A stretch of 64,000 nt of DNA from Octopus sinensis (lineage: Eukaryota): assembly GCF_006345805.1 (NCBI RefSeq), contig NC_042997.1:139500001-139564000 (forward strand), in the 5' to 3' direction. A model generated the notes under the pieces. It saw only the letters and a list, made by a program, of their open reading frames with translations. It did not search any database and was not told the DNA's origin. The translations under genes and the position numbers were made by a program. Positions within the stretch are counted from its first letter, which is position 1. Every line of letters starts with the position of its first letter. Positions 40,100-52,324 of this stretch are shown here, one piece after another.

Positions 40100-41040
40100 T
40101 CAATCTTTTTGCATTAGATTTCATATAATTTATATCTTGGTGGCCCATATGTAATTGTTTTAAAACTAGATGTAATTTTTGAGGAATAACAACTTTCTCG
40201 CAAAAGAGACAATCATTTATGGATGATAAAGCACAGGAAATACTGTTTCAGATCTTCTGAATGGAGTTTTCTAGGCCAGCTTGTTCATTGATATCTACAA
40301 TTCCCTCACGAAAATCCACTTTAAAACTGGCATAAATAATATTAATTTGATTTCTTGGATTGTAAACAAGTCGAAAACTTAGTAAGAGAATTTTTTGCTT
40401 ACTTCCTCTGAATGATTTGGTAAACAAAACCTCTTCTTATGACCAAAATTGTAGCATAATTGACATTTATGTTGCTTGCAGTGGGATAAAAATTTTCCAT
40501 GTCTTACCCCCACCAAATCAACACAGATGAAAAGGACTAGAAATTCTTTTCTGTCAATAGGTCATGGTTTAAGATTAGTTTTCACTTGACCTACTGATTC
40601 TAAACTTATTCACTTGTCACTCATTTCAATCATCTTTGTATCGTGCTTCAATTTTATTAACTTTTGGTACTTTTTGCTGGCTTGCTGTGCAGTCATACCT
40701 GGTCATACCTCTAACTGTGATGACAGTTTAGTATGAATGTCCATATCCAATGGTGATTGTAGACCAGCAATGAAGATTAAACATTTAAACTGATTATGAG
40801 TTAAAGAATTCAAATTGAAACGTTCACATTTGCAATTTACTCTACCTGCATAGCTGACAAAGTTATCTTCCTTGGACTTGGCAATTTTAAAATACTTGCA
40901 TCTAATGTTAAACAAAATTGAGTTTGCACTAAAAATCTTCTGAAGGATTTCAACTATCTCAGTGAAACTGATGTCTCGTGTATTTTTCAGTAGTATATAG
41001 TTGATGTATTTATTGTGTTCATTGGCTCTGAGCTTCATTA
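40100..41040 (-). mobile_element. Ty3/gypsy remnant: gag C-terminal part + CCHC knuckle fused to an integrase H2C2 fragment
   Basis: EHNKYINYIL...QFKCLIFIAGLQSP; CKQHKCQLCYNFGHKKRFC; VVIPQKL..LKQLHMGH. Confidence 0.8.
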
Positions 41041-41041
41041 A

Positions 41042-42840
41042 CTTTCTGTCTATCAATGGGTCCAATGGACCCATTTCAGTTTTTTCAGTTGCTTTTTCCT
41101 ACTGTTTATATTATTTGATTCTGCTGATGTCTGGTGATTCTTATTTTTTCTTCACTTTCTTTTATTTGTTAAATGGGAAATTTCCCGTATGTTTATAAAA
41201 GCTAGAAAATTTCAGTTTATACATTAATTACTGTATGGCTTCATTGGACCTTCGAATTAAATTCAGACAATACTCTTGTCATTTTAAACAGAATAAAAGC
41301 AGTATCAAGTATTATTTTCCTAGATATTTATCAGATATAGAATAGATAAAATTGTATTCAATTTATTTGCTGAATTTTAGATAGAATAGGAAAAATTGTG
41401 AAAATATTCCTGTAAATTTGTGTGGTACTGCATCACCTTCAATCTGCTAGGTTATAAGGTGATGCAATATTTCTATGTCATGGGCAGCGAACTAGCAGAA
41501 TCATTAGCACACTGGGCAAAATGCTTAGTGGTATTTCGTCTGCCCTAACGTTCTGAGTTCAAATTCCGCCGAGGTCAATTTTGCCTTTCATCCTTTCAGG
41601 GTCGATTAAATAAGTACCAGTTATGCACTGGGGTCGATGTAATCAATTAAATCCACTTGTTTGTCCCCTATCTATTTTGCCCCCTGTGGGCAATGAAGAA
41701 ATAAATATTTCTATGTCATGACACAATTCTTACAATATATTGCATCATCTTTCAGGAGAGTATAAATATGTGAGTAAGCAATATCTACCTTTAGTCTGTT
41801 ATCAAGTTTCATATAGTTTAGTTGTGCTTTCCAATATGCCAAGACATGAAAACTTGAGTGAAGACCAAATATCGAAAAGGTTATTGGAATTAGATGAAGA
41901 ATGGGAAGAAGATAGTAGTGATTCCTTCTATTTCTCTGAAGATGATGGTGAAAGTGATTGTGTGCTGGACAGTTTAGGTTCTATGTCATCAAATGAAGGA
42001 GATACTCAAAAATAATTATCTACAAGCCACCCAATTATGAATGAGCAATATGTTTCTAGAGACAGACAAGAAATTTGGCATTCTAATCCTCTCACTTAAG
42101 TAGCAATAAGAACTTCATCTTGCAATATTGTATGCCAAGAATGTGGACCAACCCATTTTGCTAAAAGTTCTTGTGATAGCATTGAAACATGCTTTACTAT
42201 CTTTTTGTGCCAAAATCTTCTTGAAGTAATTTGTAAATTGACAAATGTTGAAGGTCAGGTTGTTTACAAAAAAAAATGGAAGGAAATTGATCACTCTGAA
42301 CTAAGGAAATTTATTGGACTCATTATTCTTATAGGTGTTTATGAATCTAAACATGAAAATGTCACACAGTTATGGAATCAAGAAGATGGCCAAGGAAGAT
42401 TTCAACAGATTTTACAAGTATTGTTTTGATGATGCTAGTGCAAGAAGAAAAAAGAGAAGTGATGATAAATTGGCGCCCATAAGAGAATTATTTGAAATAT
42501 AGAATCAGAATTTGCAAGATGGATATGTTCCAAGTTCATGCATGACAGTTGATGAACAAATAGTTTCATTCAGAGGGTGTTGCCAATTCCAGGTATATAT
42601 TCCTTCAAAACCAGAGAAATATGGAATTAAAATTTGGGCAATAGGTGACAGTGAAACAGCTTATGCCTGGAAAATGCAAATCTACACTGGCAAAGATCCA
42701 GTAAAAGGGAGAGCGACAAATCAAGGTTCAAGAGTTGTTGAAGACCTAGTAAAAGAACTTGAAAATACTGGTCGCAATATAACTTGTGATAATTTTTTTA
42801 CAAGTCTAAGATTGGCTTGAAAGCTGCTTAGCAAGAAAAG
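41042..42840 (+). mobile_element. piggyBac (PGBD4-like) element, 3'-truncated, inserted at TTAA in the gypsy gag
   Basis: TTAA at 41038-41041; acidic N-terminus; MTVDEQIVSFRGCC, YIPSKPEKYGIKIW, NITCDNFFTS; contains a family-C SINE at ~41470-41710. Confidence 0.9.
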
Positions 42841-43200
42841 GTAATATCAGCAATTGTGTCGAAAATAAATTCTGTAATGGAATTTGAAGCTGCCTGAAAT
42901 TTGTCACTGTTGGAGTTGATAGATAATCTTTGGGTCAGTAATACAATAAGGTTAAACTGTGCTGCTTCAAATTGTTTCTACTGACGTTCAAGAAGTGTTT
43001 CCATTTGCTCAAAAGAAATAGACATTTCATCTAATCCTCGGCACCACTGTTTATCTGTCAATGCTAGATTCCAAACAATTTATACCTTGGTGGCCCATAT
43101 GTAATTGTTTTAAAACTAGATTTTGTAATTTTGAGGAATAACAAACTCTCACCAAACATGAGACAATCATTCACGGATGATAAAGCCTCTCTTCTGGTGT
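42841..43200 (-). mobile_element. Ty3/gypsy gag N-terminus preceded by an integrase-derived segment
   Basis: MSISFEQMETLLERQ*KQFEAAQ...NSITEFIFD; PBS-like TGGTGCCGAGG; upstream REALSSVNDCLMFGE...LKQLHMGHQGI. Confidence 0.75.
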
Positions 43201-43937
43201 GCATTGGTCACTTCTTTTGTTTTGGTGGAACAGTTTTGATTTTTGCTTTTTGTTGACTGGAATAATAATTTAACATAACTCCTAAATATGTAAAAATGAG
43301 TTACAAATTCTTTCTACACCAGAAAAATCTAGTGGGATATATTTTATTAGTCTAGTACTCAAGGTCAAATTACAAATACAGCGTAGACACAAAGGGATAG
43401 GTATAAGCAATAGGATCACTGTATAATGAATAGTTGCTTTATTACAGGTCTATAGAAAGTAACCTACTGCAAAGTATCCTTCCTTGATCACCCTCTCAAT
43501 GAGTCATATACACGAATACTAGGAGTCACCTATAACTCAATCTTTTGTTGCTTTTTTACACCTTTTTTTTATGTTGTTCATGTTTAAACTGGCTAGATGT
43601 GGCTTCTTACACCTACCCTACAATGCCATTCTAAAAATAAACAACCACATCATTGAAATCTTGAAGTTGGAAGATAATGAATGATTAATTCAAAACAATG
43701 TGAAGAAATAAGTAATTAATTTGGCAGAATAATCTGAAAGCTAAAAAGGGTTAATGAAGTTCAGATGTATGTATTTTATGAGAGGTATACATTGAATATT
43801 ATGTTCTACCAAATAATGCAACACAATACATGTAAGAAGAGTTTGAATGCATGTCTTCTAACTCCCGAATAATATAAATGAAAAACAAATAAACTGCAAA
43901 AATCATAAACTTAGTGAATAAATTGGAAACATCTTAC

Positions 43938-44762
43938 CTGAAGAGCAGCAATAAATGAGGCCAAATTGGTTTGAAAAACATCTCTTCAATACAAGCATAA
44001 ATTTGGTCTCGGCCTTCAGCAGAATCTAGTCCTTCATAACAAATAATAAACATCTTCATTATCTTTTCATTGTAAAGTAATATATCTTTACTGATGTTAT
44101 GTAAATGTCTTTGATATGCGTCATCGGTTAGTTTCAAGATATAGACAGATTCATCTATTACTTCACTGCTTGAGTAAGACTTCAATAAACTACTTTCATC
44201 AAATGAACTTGAACACATATCATCAGATTCCTCATCTTTTGATGTTTCTGTAAACTGTGCCAGATTTACAGTTTTTAGTTTCACTTTGTTCAGCATCTTC
44301 TGTTCTTGAATTAGATTTTCTTGCATTTCATTAGATACTTCAAGAGCAGTAAGAAGTTGTTCTTTACTTGAAATGATTACATCTTCCAGCGTTTCATCCT
44401 CCATATCCTTCATAGAAGTTGACTCTGTTATACTGTCTTCTACTTGCTTATCTTCTGAAAATGGTTCGTTGGACTGCTTTCCAGTTTCTTGCTCATTTCT
44501 ATCACATGCTGTTCTATTTTCCTGAACTCTAGAGTCATCATTACTAGAAGTATCCTCCAATGATGGTGTTTGCTTTGTAAGTTCGCCAGTAGGTTTTGCA
44601 CTGTCACCTTCCAGTTGTAGACTAGATGTGTTTTTATGGACATTCAATGGTACCTTTATTTGGCTCACTTCAAACGATCGTGACTGAGTAAGTCGTAAGA
44701 GATTTCGAAGAACCTTTTGTTGATACTTGTTCAATAGTGCTGTCAGAGGATGATCCACACAC
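43938..44762 (-). CDS. VPS9D1: VPS9D1-like large exon (CVDHPLTALL...CYEGLDSAEGRDQIYACIEEMFFKPIWPHLLLLF-R)
   Basis: 825 nt within ORF 43934..44836; tattacag| and |gtaaga, phase 2/2; the DHPL and 'ACIEExFFxPxWPxLLxLxR' motifs match VPS9D1 as recalled. Confidence 0.92.
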
Positions 44763-45658
44763 CTGTAATATATAAGAAGGGAATTAATAGAGATAATCAG
44801 GTAAAAAAGGTTAATCTTGGAAATGAAGAAAACCATGTAATTAGAATTAGTAATGCAAAAATGTCAATCTATGGAGACAAATATTCTAGCAAGTCATTTT
44901 GCAGGGTCTTGAAGAATGGAGATATCCACAATGAAATACCGAGAAAGAAACCCATCATACATATGTATGTGAGTGCACGTGTGTGGTGTGTGTGTGTGTC
45001 TCTCTCTCTCCTTGCCTTGACATCACTGAAGGTTTTCTCCAAGTAATTGCCCACTCTATGCTCAACACTATAGAAAGAACTTGGGAACAGAACCATTGAC
45101 ACATGCCAAACTTAGCAATTTTATTCACCTTTCATATAATTTATCAAAGAGCAAGACTTCTTAATTTATATTCCACCCTACTGTCAGTGATATTAGAAGA
45201 CAATGATGAGTTTTATTTAGTCAGTAGGTGGGTGAGAAATTAATTGCATCCTTCACACTATCACCAGCCATCAGAATGAGGAAAACTGTCTGAGCATCTT
45301 TGGAACTTCACAATGAATTTGATTGTCAGCTGGATCTGTCCCATGTACATTAATATCTACAGTTCCCCCCCAGCTTTATAACAACAAAATAAATAACATA
45401 TCCTGATGAAAAAAAAATGCACCATAGTAAAATAAATTTTGAGTAGATTTGATAACAAAAACTGAAAGAAACCCGTCATGTGTGTTGACATCACTTGAAG
45501 GTTGTAAACAAGCATCACTGTCATACAATGTTGTTTGTTTCTAGTTTTCTGTGAAAAACATGTCCGGCCATGGGGGAAATATCTTTCTAAGAAACAGGTG
45601 AGGGTTGGCAACAGGAAGGACATCTGGCTGTAAAAATTCTACTTCTATAAATTCCATC

Positions 45659-46072
45659 GGATCTTTTCAGTTTGAACAGCAGTTTTTTCTAGCGGTGTCA
45701 TAAAATTGTCACCCATAATTATGACCATAGAATCGATCTATTGCATTTCAATCTCTTTTAGGGTTAGGGTTAGAGGTGGGGGAAGGGTATCTTTTTTTCT
45801 TCACAAATGTAAATAAACCCAATCTGTTTCTTAAACGAGGGACATATTCATACGGCACAGAATGCTTTTTAACTCAATAGACGTCAGTGATTGGTTGAAA
45901 TTGCAGAAATTGAAGAAAAAAAACAACAAATAACTTACAAACTATAGAATTTTCTCAATAAAGCCAAGAGAAAAAGATGTTTTATAAACACATTCTACCA
46001 GTATACGAAGTTTAAAATTTTTTAGTTACCTAAAAATTATGTTAAAAACTGCCGTTCAAACCGCAAAGATAC
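45659..46072. mobile_element. MITE with GG termini and 8-bp TSD (Merlin-like)
   Basis: ~28-bp TIR GGATCTTTTCAGTTTGAACAGCAGTTTTT; ATTCCATC duplicated at 45651-45658 and 46073-46080. Confidence 0.75.
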
Positions 46073-46533
46073 ATTCCATCTGATCCATGTAAGCATGCAA
46101 AGGTGGACATTAAATGAAGGTGATGAGTCCCTTCCATCTTTACAACAACCAAATAAATAATGTATCTTGTTACTAAATATACACCTTAGCAAAATAAATT
46201 ATAAAAACAACTAAATTTGCAGAACCATCCAACCCAGCTATAACATAAGACAGTTACAAAATGTTCTAGATCACCCCAACTCTGAGATGGAAAACAAGAA
46301 TTCAAAACATTAGTTTTTCATTCTACATAGCAAATTAATTCACAAAACTCTTGTACAAACTTTTCTCTATATATTACCTCATATTAATGCAGAGGATCAC
46401 CAGATTCCTAAGATTCTGGATCTGACAATATCAAATGTTAGTATACTACTACTACTAGTTGATATATTACACTACTATGCTAAGGCAGTGAGCTGATAGA
46501 ATTGCTAGCACGCTGGACAAAATACTAAGAGCA

Positions 46534-47043
46534 TGTAGTGACGTCATTTTCCAGTGTGCGCACACGCAACGTCATTCTTCAGTGTGCGTGTGCGGAACGT
46601 CATTCTTCAGTGTGCGTGTGCAGGGCTGGAACCTTCTGGAAAGGCCTAAGGAAGTTCCCTCATGCACATGCGCAAGAGACTGGGGAAGAAAATTCTATCG
46701 CATTCCTTGTTACCGTCGTTGACTTGAGACACGGCTATTGAAGAGAAAGGACGTGTTAAACCATGTGTGATCAGCCATTCTCCTGTCCCAGACGCTTAGG
46801 ATTTGACCTGCTCTGTTGCTGCTGAACCTATTGTAAGAATCTTACAAATGTTAAAGTTCAGCCTTGCTATATCGAACCAAGTGGATACCAATATATCAAC
46901 GTACTTCTTTTGTAAATAAGAAAATAAAGAGTTATATATATTTTTAAGGTTGTGTTCTTGTTCCTGACTGGTAGTTTCTGGGAATTAAAGAAAGGAAATT
47001 GGTTGCACCCAAACAGTGTAAAGAATTAACCAGTTCCATTACA
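46534..47043 (+). mobile_element. Solo LTR inserted in a family-C SINE
   Basis: TGTAGTG...CATTACA termini, AGCA 4-bp TSD, AATAAA at ~46923; the SINE halves rejoin across it. Confidence 0.8.
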
Positions 47044-48107
47044 AGCATTTTGTCCATCTTTACATTCTGAGTTCAAATTTCACCAAAGTTGACTGCCTTT
47101 CATCTTTTTGGGGTCAATAATATTGAGCACTAGGGACAATATAATCAACTAGCATCTTCCCCAAAATTTCAGGCCTTGTGGCTATAATAGAAAAGATATC
47201 ACATCACTATGCTACAGTGTATTCATTGTGGGTGGGGTAGGACTATGGAACAGTCCTGGTAAGATACTGATGGGGTACATAATGTATGGGCATTGATGGA
47301 GTGGAATAGGGTGCTGATGATTGGTGCGATGGTTTAGGTCAGTGTTTCTTATGGGTGGGGACTACAAGAACTGAAGGATGGGGGGTTAAAGGGAATAGAC
47401 AATTATATATTGTACTTCAAACTTTATAATCTTGTCCAACCCCAAAGCAAAGAAAGAATTATATAGATGCAAACTCTATTTTGTTTTCTCAATAATAAAG
47501 AGCACAGAAAAACTTCACTAATGTTCTTTGTCAGGGTTTTAGGGCCTGCTATTTGTCAGTAAAACAACTGCTGGGTTAGATTGAAGCATTGATTGGGTGA
47601 AGTAGGAGTCATTATATTGACATGGGTAGATAGGTCTGTGGTATTGATGGGGGTGGGGTAGCTCTTCAATATTGGGTGGCTGAGGGCTGTTGATTGAATG
47701 TAATCCAAACATTATGATGTAATCTACATAATGGTTTGTAAAAATTAGTTGAGACAGGAAAACCTTAATCCCAGTTTTTGTTGTTGTTAAACAGTTTGAG
47801 AAACATATCTCTCCATTCTGTTTTTTCATAGATTTCCCCTAGAGAAGTCAAAACTACTGAATTTTACAGTGCACCTGCGAAAAAAGAGTAATGAACTGTA
47901 CCTCCCAACAGCACTTATATAGATATAGCTAACCGGACTGAGTCATTAAGAGTTAAGTGTCTCACACAGTGTAACACTAATGATGCTTCTGATCAGTACA
48001 CTGTGAACTCATCCAACTGTAGCTCTTTCACAATAGCACAAACTTTAAAACTACCAATAGGGAAAAATCACAAAGTTTATGGAAAAAGTTATTTAGTGAG
48101 GACTCAC

Positions 48108-48193
48108 CGAAATATACTTTGGATTAAATATTTTATAACTTCAGGGTTTTTCGGATCCTGTGATACTTTCTGTCTTATATTTTGAAGCCATTT
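48108..48193 (-). CDS. VPS9D1: VPS9D1-like exon (KWLQNIRQKVSQDPKNPEVIKYLIQSIF-R)
   Basis: 86 nt, aattttag| and |gtgagt, phase 0/2. Confidence 0.85.
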
Positions 48194-49006
48194 CTAAAAT
48201 TAAAACAAAAAGAAAACACCATTATAGCCATTTATTGTTAAAAGTGATACTCATTTATTTCAAAGTATTATTTCATCAAAAGTACAGAGTACTTAAGACA
48301 AGAGACTCCTAGGAACCAGCCAAAAAATTCAAAACTTTATCATCTGCCAACAGAACAGCACTACATTGTATGTGCAACAAAGATGCTCAATGGAGGAAGA
48401 GAAAAGTCAATTATATCAACCCAGTATTTGATTTGTATTATATTTTATCAACTCTGGAAAGATGAGAGATAAAGTTGCCCTCATCAGAATTTGACGTTGG
48501 AATGCAAAGAGTCAAAACCACAATGCTGTAAGGCATTTTCCCAGTACTCTGAAGATTCTGCCAATCCATAACTTTTCCTCATTAAATAATAGCCAAGGAA
48601 CAGTCTTTTGTCAAATGCTTCCTCTTCAAAACTGTCCATTTATGTCTCCTTTCTTATCACTAACTTGCAACAACAGAACACCTAAACCACACTAACCTCA
48701 ACCATTTATACATAAGGGGCTTTGTTAAAATCAGTTATATCCATGTTACCTTGAGTAACAGAAAAAGCCCTAAGTCACATAGGAATACACAAGTATCATC
48801 ATATTGATATATATATATGAATAGGTCAAGATATCTTAACATGAAGATATCTAATATCTATCAAGAAAGCTCAGGATATCTAACATCAAGATGCTTAGTA
48901 TCTCTTATAAGTGCCAAGGGGATAAATTAAAATTAAATACAAGCTATGAATGAAAACAAAAAACAACAAAACTGAAAATAGTTCTGAAAATTAAAGACAT
49001 CCTCAC

Positions 49007-49094
49007 CACATCCATCTCATAATCTAATGTCTTTTTAAAGATTTGTTTGCGATTCTCTTGTTCTTTAGAAAGTTTTGTGGGTAAGGAAAAACGG
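49007..49094 (-). CDS. VPS9D1: VPS9D1-like exon (RFSLPTKLSKEQENRKQIFKKTLDYEMDV)
   Basis: 88 nt, tttttgcag| and |gtgagg, phase 2/0; the split codon CG+C gives Arg. Confidence 0.85.
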
Positions 49095-50076
49095 CTGCAA
49101 AAATACAGAAAAATTAACATTCAATCAGTGAACAAGGTTTATATGTATTTGTAGTTGAGAGGTTTGCAGAAACTTACAAAATTACAGAATAACTCTTCTA
49201 TCTTAGTCAAAGCAACAGAAGACAAAAACGTCATTGAAAATAAAATCAAATATATTAAATATTTAATTGAACACTATCATTTCCTGCATAGCAAGTAGGT
49301 TTTTATCAACAAACGACATAGTACGTACAACATTTCACAAAACAGATATACTGTACATCAGAGAAAACAAATCACATATAACAGACAGCACAATGAAAAC
49401 AAAACAGAAAACACATAGTACAGATGATAACAGTGACAACCCTAAACTTACAACAAACTCAATCTACAATATTCATATTCTATTATTAACAAATTTGTGA
49501 GTATTATGATGTGGTATCAGTATTTTAGCTTCAATTCCAGGTCCAAAAACATCATTTACATCATTAACTCTTTCACTGCAGAAATCAGATATATCCACTC
49601 AATATATATATATATATATTACCTTTAACTGCAGAAAGCAGTTTTATATACCAATCTATCTTTTGTAGAGAAATGTCATGCTTGAAACTATTTTTTGTTG
49701 AGCATGGCTGTGTGGTAAGAAGCTTGCTTCCCAACCACATGGTTCCAGGCTCAGACCTACTGCATGGCACCTTGGGCAAGTGTCTTTTACTATAGCCTCA
49801 GGCTGACCAAAGCCTTGTGAGTGGATTTGGTAGATGGAAACTGAAAGAATCTCATCATATATATGTTCACAAACTGAGGAAAAGAGATCCTTCAAAGGGG
49901 TGTGTTAAAGATCCAATTCACTGGGACATTTAGTTGAAAACCATATAAATATGGGCATAATTCAGTTACAAAGATTAACTTTTAGAAGGAAAAATTAATG
50001 CGAAAACTTCGCACTTTCTAAATCTAGAGTTACATTCCAGCAAAAGAAATCTTAATCAGTCAATGAAATGTCTTAC

Positions 50077-50129
50077 CGTGTAGCTTCTTTTTCCAAGCGT
50101 TTCTGTCGTTCATTCATTTTCTTTGAAAG
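50077..50129 (-). CDS. VPS9D1: VPS9D1-like exon (LSKKMNERQKRLEKEAT-R)
   Basis: 53 nt, ggattag| and |gtaaga, phase 0/2; continues the frame; resembles 'LQRKMEERRLRLQEAANR'. Confidence 0.88.
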
Positions 50130-51009
50130 CTAATCCACGTTAAGATCAACAGCAATATTGAACAAGAAGAAATGGCTTAATTCTAAAACATTCAACTAAT
50201 GCACAAGTCCAGAAAGCCATGTAGTAATCAAAATTTTTCACAACCATGTATATATTTGCAAAAAAAAATCAAATAAGTTCAAATCTTTTTTATAAATTTT
50301 AAACCTTTACTTTTCACACCAATGACAGGATTGTGAATAAGGCCTATAGCAATAGATTTATGATTAGGATAGTTCTCAGTTACAGCTGTTATGACAGCCA
50401 TCAATATCTATGGATTATCAGATACTGATTTCATCAAAAGCAACATATAGTTAAAATATAACACTTCTAATGTAAGAAACTAAAGCCTGTGGTCTTGTGA
50501 AATAGTTGAATGAGTTCAAAATCCTGTTTTTTATGTAATATCTGTCACAATCCAAAGAAATGAAAATACAGACTAGAAAAGATTGATAACAGGACACTGC
50601 AGTCAGAACATATGCAGTTGTTAAAAAGAGTTAGGTCACCATTTGTGAATTTGGATCAGTTAATGCATAAAGCAATGCTTCTCATTTTGTGGGACTGTGG
50701 GGATTGAAAAGAAGCAGACAAGCTGCCATATTCAATAAAATTAAGCTAGTTTAAAATTTTTATCCCTTTAGCATTTAAACTGGCTGTATCTGGCCAAAAT
50801 ATTCTGCTTGTTTTATGTTCAAACTGGCCAGATCTGGCTTCTCACACCAACCCTACAATGTCATTCTAAAAATTAATAGTTATCTTATCAAAATCTGATA
50901 ACTACAAGATAATTTATGATTAATTCAAAACAATGTGATTAAAAAGCATTACTTTTGATAGAATAATGTACAATAAACATCAAAAAAGTAGAGAAAATAG
51001 ATTCCGTCA

Positions 51010-52267
51010 TATGCCAAGGGGAAAAACTAAAAGTAGTCAGTAGCTTCTGTTACCTAGGTGACCAAGTCAGTAGGGTGGGCTGCTCTGAGAGTGTAGCTGC
51101 TAGAATAAGAATAGGCTGGGCAAAGTTCAGAGAGCTCCTACCTCTGCTGGTAACAAAGGGCCTTTCACTCAGAGTGAAAGGCAGACTGTATGATGCTTGT
51201 GTGCAAACAGCCATGCTATGCAGCAGTGAAACATGGGCTGTGACTACTGAGGGCACATGTTGGCTTGTAAGAAATGAAGCTGGTATGCTCTGCTGGATGT
51301 GTAATGTCAGTGTGCATGCACAACAGAGTGTAAGCACCCTGAGACAAAAGTTGGGCATAAGAAGCATCAGCTGTGGTGTGCAAGAGAGACAACTGCGCTG
51401 GTATGGTCATGCGATGCATATGGATGAGGATAGCTGTGTGAAGTGTCGCACTCTAACAGAAGAAGGAATCTGTGGAAGAGATAGACCCAGGAAGACATGG
51501 GATGAGGCGGTGATGCATGATCTTCGAATGTTGGGCCTCATAGAGGCAATGACAAGGGACTGAGACCTTTGGAGAATGTCATGCTTCAGAAGACCCAGCA
51601 AGCTAAATGATATCATAGCCATGGACAATGCCAGTGTCGTGTAAGTAGCCCATTAAAAGCACCCTTCAATTGTTGGGCAATATGCTGTGCTTGTGAAAAC
51701 CTGTCAAACTGAGTGAAATCAAAGTCATGGCCAATGCCAGTGACGTGTAACTGGCCTGTTAAAAGCACCCTTCAATTATTGGGTGATATGCTGTGTGTGT
51801 GAAAACCTGTTGAACTAAGTGAAATCATAGTAGTGGCCAATGCCAGTGTTGTCTGACAGGCACTCGTGCCGGTGGCAGACAAAAAGCACCCGTGCCGGTG
51901 GCAAGTAAAAGGCACCCGTGCCGGTGGCAGGTAAAGAGCACCATTTGAGCATTGGATTTCATGGAGGCAGTGACAGGTGACCAAGACCTTTGGCAATATA
52001 CTGTGCTTGTGTAGACCGTAGTGAGACCGTAAGCATGGCCGATGCCTATGTCAGGTCAGTGGTACCCATGCCAGTGGCACGTAAAAATTACCCACTACAT
52101 TCTCAGAATGGTTGGCGTTAGGAAGGGCATCCAGCTGTAGAAACCTTGCCAAATCAGATCGGAACCTGGTGCAGCCCCCCCACCCCCACCCGGCTTAACA
52201 GTTTTCAGTCAAACCATCCAACCCATGCCAGCATGGAAAGCAGACATTAAATAATGATGATGATGAT
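51010..52267 (+). mobile_element. RTE LINE 3' end with tail
   Basis: SFCYLGDQ, ARIRIGWAKFRELLPLL, RLYDACV, RPRKTWDE; (GAT)n tail. Confidence 0.9.
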
Positions 52268-52279
52268 ACATATATATAT

Positions 52280-52324
<45 letters not shown>

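Noticed and set aside
40703-41074. 123-aa ORF as a host gene or domesticated gag
   Set aside because: It is split by a piggyBac, the N-terminal part has a stop, and the downstream part is frameshifted; it is a decayed retrotransposon.
45016-45067. Possible extra VPS9D1 exon (VEHRVGNYLEKTFSDVK) with AG acceptor and GC donor
   Set aside because: 52 nt would shift the frame, and the flanking exons already join in frame (CG+G). It would need RNA evidence as a poison exon.
45755-45775. Interstitial telomere
   Set aside because: Only about 2.5 TTAGGG units, and they lie inside a MITE.
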